DNA from: an uncultured Chloroflexia bacterium
GTDB lineage: Bacteria > Chloroflexota > Anaerolineae > JAAYZQ01
Direction: 5' to 3'
Assembly: GCA_963700285.1 (NCBI GenBank)
Contig: CAVOXA010000010.1
Location: 1,664,001 to 1,728,000 of the forward strand
DNA length: 64,000 bases
Shown: one piece after another, positions 59,601 through 64,000 of the stretch
Numbering within the stretch: position 1 is the stretch's first letter
Layout of the letters: each line of letters starts with the position of its first letter
Made by a program: the position numbers and the translations under genes
Notes under the pieces: model-generated
The model's input: only the letters and a program-made list of their open reading frames with translations
Databases searched by the model: none
Told to the model about the DNA's origin: nothing

Positions 59601-60793
59601 TGATGGCCGTCGTCATCTTGGTGTACGCCCTGGCCGGGCAGATGACGCCCGATATCGTGCTTGCCATCGCTCTGTTTGCTGTGGGCATGATCTTTAGCAA
59701 TCTGGCTGACGGGTTCAGCGCTGTGTTCTATGCCTATGAAAAGATGGAGTACCCGGCGGCCATCTCGACAGTGACAGCCGTCATCCGAGTTAGCCTGGGG
59801 GCATTGGTTCTCCTGATGGGCCTGGGCTTTGTGGGGCTGGCGGCGGTTTCGGTGGTGGCCAACCTGGTGAGTGCCAGTATCCTGGGTATATTGGTGGTCC
59901 GCCATTGCTTCAGGCCTCATCCGGAATGGGATCCACAGGATGCCAGGTGCATGCTGAATACCTCATTCCCGCTGATGATCAACCTGCTGCTGGCGACTGT
60001 CTTTTTCCGCATCGACATATTACTGCTCAAGCCGATGCAGGGTGACGCTGTGGTGGGCTACTATGGTGCTGCGTACAAGTATATCGATGGGCTGAACATC
60101 ATCCCCGCCTATTTTACCCAGGCTATCTTTCCCCTTATGAGCCGCTACGCCGATTCGGCCCGCGATTCGCTGCTGAGGGCCTATACGCTCTCCTTGCGAC
60201 TGCTGCTCCTCATCGCACTGCCTATTTCCTTTGGCACTCCCTTTGTCGCGGGCGGGCTCATCATGGTGCTGGGTGGCGCCGAGTATATGCCCGACTCGAT
60301 GATTGCCCTCCAGATCCTCATCTGGTTCCTGCCCTTTAGTTTTGTCAACAGCGTGACACAGTACGTGCTCATTGCCATAGACCAGCAGCGTTTCCTGACA
60401 AAGGCCTTCCTGATTGGCGTGAGCTTTAATATCGTCGCCAACCTGCTTGTCATCCCGGTCTATAGCTACAAAGGGGCGGCGGTAGTGACCATCCTGTCCG
60501 AGTTTGCCCTGCTCATCCCCTTCTATTACGCCATCCGCAAACACCTGGGTCGCCTGCCGTGGTTTTCTCTATGCTGGAGACCGACGGCGGCCTCAGCGGT
60601 CATGGCTGTGGTGATGTGGCTGCTTAGTAGCGGGCTGCCCTGGCCCTTGTTGATCCCGGTAGGCGGGTCCGTATACCTGGCCGTCCTGTTCCTCATTGGC
60701 GGGTTCCGGCAGCCCGATATGGATCTGCTCGGTCGCCTGCTTCCGCTCGATCGCCTACGTGCGCGCCTGCTGGGGGGGCGAACTGTGGATTGA
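56648..60793 (+). CDS. YfhO-family GT-C membrane protein fused to a Wzx-like oligosaccharide flippase
   Basis: N-part PLWNPHLFGGVPFLA, YVG, GYD, LDLLNVRYV, YEN..LPRAF, YSPGWKA. C-part VAKNS, FGLGTLLTREV, RIDILLL..VGYYGAAYK, ~12 TM helices. Single uninterrupted frame. Confidence 0.87.
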   Translation: MQRSRKWLLDGGALLVLLILPLILFWPVAVGQKTLIPADNLYQWEPYRTDADQQGVDLPPHNELLSDLVLENLVWKRFIVQSIQAREVPLWNPHLFGGVPFLAAGQHSALYPLSGLFYVLPLIRAYGLFTVLQLWLAGAFMYIFGRTLRMGRFPALVAGITFQLSAFFLVSVVFSMIIAAAAWLPLLLAIIEVMVRKQEEKGTGPFVPVVYVLLGSTALGIHVLAGHPEILVYTLMVMAYYALIRLILLWRRVGDWRPSLRLGCWLALMVGLGIGLGSVQLIPLFELVTSSFREGSVTYADVVGWAYPGRQILTFLVPDFFGNPAHHGYWDLVSRQWVAADRIFWGIKNYVEAGSYVGILPLLLATVAVFGSLRSSENRRHIWIFAALAALSLLFVFGTPLYAILYYGLPGIKQLHSPFRWIFPYTLSVAVLAGFGVKSLSTAIRRLDVGEQGIVGIEMRGSRILALFAWAILLVGAAMVAVLAIVFIAPELFLPLADRFLVAVEKAQEAFGSGRMLLSYQWRNFLILGLVLVASGLVLLASRRALYLSIRKPVKVRTPVWQILVVAVVAVDLLLFGAGFNPASDPAWLGYTPPSVEFLKERSEGVEPWRLTTYQVEGGTKTLNANIPWLHDLQDVRGYDSIIPRQYVTYMRAIENQGELLYNRIAPIYGLENLSSPLLDLLNVRYVVTEGEVPNPDYELVYDDKVRIYENTDVLPRAFALSRAEVVSEADLAGRLSSLDPRALVLLDEDTIPDAQVPGSDLKWPLQPASIAAYAPNVVFVDVEMPGPGWLVLADSYSPGWKAYRSDPDGKAPDPKSEPANERELTIVRADGNFRAVFLEEGRHRVRFKYTPMSFKLGLYGSFMAVVVMLLVGFYWLWGRFYRESADDPTVKRVAKNSLLPMGLQLLNKVIDFAFAMLMLRILAPEMAGRYYFAVAFIGYFDILVRFGLGTLLTREVSKEREQGNRYLSTVTILRGLLWLTSVPLMAVVILVYALAGQMTPDIVLAIALFAVGMIFSNLADGFSAVFYAYEKMEYPAAISTVTAVIRVSLGALVLLMGLGFVGLAAVSVVANLVSASILGILVVRHCFRPHPEWDPQDARCMLNTSFPLMINLLLATVFFRIDILLLKPMQGDAVVGYYGAAYKYIDGLNIIPAYFTQAIFPLMSRYADSARDSLLRAYTLSLRLLLLIALPISFGTPFVAGGLIMVLGGAEYMPDSMIALQILIWFLPFSFVNSVTQYVLIAIDQQRFLTKAFLIGVSFNIVANLLVIPVYSYKGAAVVTILSEFALLIPFYYAIRKHLGRLPWFSLCWRPTAASAVMAVVMWLLSSGLPWPLLIPVGGSVYLAVLFLIGGFRQPDMDLLGRLLPLDRLRARLLGGRTVD

Positions 60794-60871
60794 GCAGTTG
60801 CTGTATTTGTCGAATCTGGGGGTAATGGGGGCAGACCGCGGGGGTTTTCCGCAACCTCCGAGGTCTTGGTT

Positions 60872-61903
60872 TTATCTGGCGCGCCGCCGTTGGAGTACAG
60901 CCACGATGGTAATCGTCACAAGAACGACAAACAGAGTACCCAGGGCACACTCGGCCATGCGTAGCCAGGTGACGTAGGGCTTCCCCAACAAACCGGCTGT
61001 TCGGATTTCCTGATCATCTGCGGTAGGCTGGAGATCTCGGGCCTCCGCAACAAGAGTGGCCACAATGGTCGGAGGGACGGTAGCTGAAGGTTGCTGGGGA
61101 GGCGGCGAGGTCGGTACCAGAGTTGGCGTGGGTCCAGCCATGACTGCCGCTGATTCTGCTTCTCCCGCCGCCTCTTCAACCTCCGCTGCCAGGGGAACTG
61201 CAGCCCGCTCGGTACTCTTTTCTTGCGTATCTTGTGAGCTACCGTCCATTGCCGTCATGCCGCCAGAGCCTGACGGCAGCGTCGGAGCAATGTCCATCTC
61301 CATCGCCAGCGGGGCTTCGGCAGGCTCGCTGGTAGGGCCCTGGCTTGGTACAGCCATTTGCGGTGCCGGAGCTTGCTCCGCCTCGGCTAGGCCCTCTTTG
61401 ACGGCTGCTTCCGACTCGAGTACGATTTCCTTCTCTACGTTCCCGGCTTCTCGAGTCGGTGCAACATCGGCCACGGTCTGCTCCATCACCGCTTCGGACT
61501 GGGGGGCTAGTGCTGGCGCAGAGCTAGCCGGCACAGTACCGGTGGGCAGAACACTGGTCAGCATGATGTCGCCGGCTACGACAACGACGAGCAGCAGGGC
61601 AATCAAGGCCGTGGCGCCCTGGAGCAGGGGCACCCAACCCCTCCACGGCCTGGCAATAGGCGCCGACCGGGCAGGGGCCGGAATCGTAAAAACACGAGGT
61701 ACGGGGATCGTGGGCAAGTCCCGAGTCCACTGGACCGTCCGCTGGAGGGTGTCGAACTGCCACTGGCAGGCTTGGCAAGCAGCCAGATGCTGGCTTACGG
61801 CCTTTTTCTCCGGCGGCGATAGCTCGCCATCCAGATAGGCCGATAGCCGATCTTTGACGTACTGGTGATCGCTTGTATCGTTTCTCTTTTGCACCCGACT
61901 CAT
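60872..61903 (-). CDS. Zinc-finger (ZAS) anti-sigma factor
   Basis: LSAYLDGEL..HLAACQAC, TM helix, acidic/Pro-rich region, second C-terminal TM. Overlaps the sigma gene stop. Confidence 0.88.
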   Translation of the reverse strand: MSRVQKRNDTSDHQYVKDRLSAYLDGELSPPEKKAVSQHLAACQACQWQFDTLQRTVQWTRDLPTIPVPRVFTIPAPARSAPIARPWRGWVPLLQGATALIALLLVVVVAGDIMLTSVLPTGTVPASSAPALAPQSEAVMEQTVADVAPTREAGNVEKEIVLESEAAVKEGLAEAEQAPAPQMAVPSQGPTSEPAEAPLAMEMDIAPTLPSGSGGMTAMDGSSQDTQEKSTERAAVPLAAEVEEAAGEAESAAVMAGPTPTLVPTSPPPQQPSATVPPTIVATLVAEARDLQPTADDQEIRTAGLLGKPYVTWLRMAECALGTLFVVLVTITIVAVLQRRRAR

Positions 61904-62532
61904 CGCATATGGCCCCCCACGGAACGCTCCTGGCTCGCCTCCGTGGCACCTCTTAGACGGTAGCGGGTAGGCAAAAGTTCCCCATGTTCCTGCATATAGT
62001 CCCGGAGTTTCGCTCTGCCTCGACTGAGACGGGATTTGACGGTACCCAGCGACATGCCTGTCGCTTGAGTTATCTCGTTGTAACTCAGCCCCTGAATGTC
62101 AGACAGTACCAGGACAATGCGCTGGTCTGCTGGCAGGGTCGAGATACCGCTCTGGATCACTTTGTTCAGCTCGTGGCGCTCGACCACTTCGTCTGGGAGC
62201 TTGGCTGGGTCGCGTAGCACTGTCGTCTGGTCAGCTTCGATGGGCAGATCATCCAGGGAGCTGGTGGGGCGGCGCTGCTTTCTGCGCAATTGATCGTAGC
62301 AGGCGTTGGTAACGATGCGCAGCAGCCAGGACTTGAACGATCCCCCCCGGAATTTCTGTATCGCTTTGAAGGCAGAGAGAAAAGCATCCTGCGTCGCATC
62401 GGCTGCAGCGTCGGGGTCGCTCAGGATGCGGTATGCGAGGTTGTAGACCATACTCTGGTAGAGCATGACCAGTTGGTTAAAAGCGCGGACGTCGCCCTTG
62501 CGCGCAGAGGCGATCAGCGCTTGCTCATCCAT
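61900..62532 (-). CDS. ECF-family RNA polymerase sigma factor
   Basis: AFNQLV..Y, DATQDAF, FKSWLLRI..NACYD, GLSYNEI..GTVKSRLSRGR. Confidence 0.95.
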   Translation of the reverse strand: MDEQALIASARKGDVRAFNQLVMLYQSMVYNLAYRILSDPDAAADATQDAFLSAFKAIQKFRGGSFKSWLLRIVTNACYDQLRRKQRRPTSSLDDLPIEADQTTVLRDPAKLPDEVVERHELNKVIQSGISTLPADQRIVLVLSDIQGLSYNEITQATGMSLGTVKSRLSRGRAKLRDYMQEHGELLPTRYRLRGATEASQERSVGGHMR

Positions 62533-62665
62533 CAACTAGCTCCAAGATACGAACCCCTCGCCAAGTCGGACTGGCCAGAAATAGAGACAGTGTTCGCAAC
62601 GTACTACGCTCGTTGATCTGCCTGGAATCGGAAAAACCCTCGCAAGAGACATCAAGGTCAAAAAC

Positions 62666-62694
62666 TTGACTAAACTGTGATTCTCTTCTATACT
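62666..62694 (+). promoter_or_regulatory. Sigma70 promoter of the tRNA
   Basis: TTGACT-17nt-TATACT. Confidence 0.75.
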
Positions 62695-62705
62695 ATCATG
62701 CACCA

Positions 62706-62789
62706 GCCGGAGTGGCGGAACAGGCAGACGCGCGCGACTCAAACTCGCGTGAGGGCAACCTCTTGTGGGTTCGATTCCCACCTCCGGCA
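62706..62789 (+). tRNA. tRNA-Leu(CAA)
   Basis: Acceptor stem GCCGGAG/CTCCGGC, anticodon arm CGCGA-CTCAAAC-TCGCG, long variable arm, T-loop GGTTCGATTCC. CCA not fully encoded (ACCT). Confidence 0.95.
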
Positions 62790-62959
62790 CCTGTGCTGCA
62801 ATGGACCGTTTGTATGAGCGGCTAACCATTGCAGTTCTATTATACCAGGTTTCAACCGCACGTGCCAACGGCGAGATCTGGCACGCCAGCAACTCCACCT
62901 GAATTCTGCCAGCCGCATCGTTCCGGGCGGCTGAGTTTGCGTTAGGGAGCAATGCACAG

Positions 62960-64000
62960 TTGCAGCAAGAGAAGCAAAATCCGCTAGATTGGAAAATGGT
63001 GGTACTGGCCATCCTGGGGCTGGTAGCCGGGTTGGTACTGGGTTTGCTGCTTGGGTTGTTCCTGAAACCCGAATGTACCATTGCCGAATTGCCAGCCGAG
63101 GACAAGGAGGCGTACATCGTCCTGGTGGGCGTAGCCTACACCGAGGATGGTGACCTGGAGAAGGCTCAACTGCGCCTGGCGCGGCTGGAGGCGCCAAACC
63201 CCGGGCTGTGGGTCGTTGATCTGGCTGACCGCTATATCGCCGAGGGGCACGATGAGGCTGACATCCAGGCTCTGGCCACATTGGCCCAGGGATTGGGTGT
63301 CGATACGCCCCAGATGCTGGCCTACCTGCCATCGCCGACATCGCCGCCGACAAATACACCCTTGCCGACCCTGACGGCGACGGCTACGAAACCCCCAACG
63401 TTCACGCCTATCCCGCCGACGGCGACACCCATCCCGCCGACCGACACGCCAGAGCCGACGCCAACTCAACCGGCGACAAGTACACCTGTACCGCCGACGC
63501 CTATCCCGCCGACTGCAACAACGGTTCCACCAACGAACACGCCCAGCCCTCCACCTCAACCGACCAACACATCGCCACCCCCACCGCCCACCAAAACTCC
63601 ACAGCCGCCAGCCGCCAAGTGGAGTTATGATGCCCGGCTCGTGGGACCAGGACAAGATGCGCAGGGGTGTGACTATGGCAACCTCCAACTGCGTGTGACC
63701 GTTATCGACGGCCAGGGAGCCCAACTGGGCGGCGTGTGGGTCCACGATCGTTACTCCCAGCAGTACCAGGTGACAGGCAACGTAGACTCGCCAGAGTGGG
63801 GGCCCGGCGAGACCAAGTTCGAGTATGGCATTGGTGGTGGGGGCAGTCTGTGCGTCGCCACGGGAGAGGGCGGTGGTTGCATCAGCGACTATACCCGCGA
63901 CATGCCGGCCTACAACGTACCTCCAGTGGAGGACCTGCACGCGGCAGGGTATTGCAGTCAGTGTTGTGAGCCCGGTGCAACCCTGGAGCGATGCCGGGAA
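62960..64000 (+). CDS. Membrane-anchored Pro/Thr-rich protein with Cys-containing C-terminal domain (3'-partial, missing from the ORF track)
   Basis: Open frame from TTG 62960/ATG 62996 to the window end: TM helix, YIVLVGVAYTEDGDLEKAQLRL, PTxTP repeats, then YCSQCC. Confidence 0.8.
   Translation, partial: MQQEKQNPLDWKMVVLAILGLVAGLVLGLLLGLFLKPECTIAELPAEDKEAYIVLVGVAYTEDGDLEKAQLRLARLEAPNPGLWVVDLADRYIAEGHDEADIQALATLAQGLGVDTPQMLAYLPSPTSPPTNTPLPTLTATATKPPTFTPIPPTATPIPPTDTPEPTPTQPATSTPVPPTPIPPTATTVPPTNTPSPPPQPTNTSPPPPPTKTPQPPAAKWSYDARLVGPGQDAQGCDYGNLQLRVTVIDGQGAQLGGVWVHDRYSQQYQVTGNVDSPEWGPGETKFEYGIGGGGSLCVATGEGGGCISDYTRDMPAYNVPPVEDLHAAGYCSQCCEPGATLERCRE

Noticed and set aside
155-61949. Numerous antisense and alternate-frame ORFs in the track
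   Set aside because: They overlap well-supported genes and have Arg/Pro/Gly-rich composition typical of GC-rich shadow frames.
62984-63940. Minus-strand 318-aa ORF
   Set aside because: Shadow of the plus-strand Pro/Thr-rich membrane protein that runs off the window end.
1-64000. CRISPR array, IS, integrase or prophage
   Set aside because: No regularly spaced repeats with unique spacers and no transposase, integrase or phage gene set. No duplicated tRNA 3' end was noticed.

Overview
GC-rich bacterial chromosomal segment, most consistent with a Chloroflexota (Anaerolineae-like) organism (inference from protein styles and C-terminal YLPxxxR motifs). About a dozen single-base frameshifts look like long-read indel errors. 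(1) 1-37.8 kb is a cell-surface island. Five paralogous secreted proteins have different N-terminal cargo (BNR propellers, an HExxH metalloprotease-like region, FG-GAP propellers, a lectin-like region). They share one ~400-aa C-terminal module: tandem Cys/Trp repeat + FN3 + beta-sandwich + YLPxxxR tail. These genes bracket a glycan biosynthesis cluster (B12-radical SAM, O-antigen-ligase-like protein, GT2s/GT4, FAD oxidoreductase, two clan-A glycoside hydrolases, priming transferase, MurJ-like flippase, GT-C). Short palindromic REP-like elements sit in-frame in loops of the shared module. (2) uvrC and a VIT-vWA protein. (3) A divergent cobamide locus with two back-to-back cobalamin riboswitches: ECF S-component-cobT-cobS-cbiR-cobU on one side, and two secreted proteins with transcobalamin-like domains plus a small ORF on the other. 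(4) A decaheme lipoprotein cytochrome with a CPxCPx tract, a BNR protein, a GH3-family protein, a Dpm1-like GT2, a YfhO-flippase fusion, an ECF sigma/anti-sigma pair, tRNA-Leu(CAA) and a partial Pro/Thr-rich membrane protein. No CRISPR, transposase or integrase was seen.
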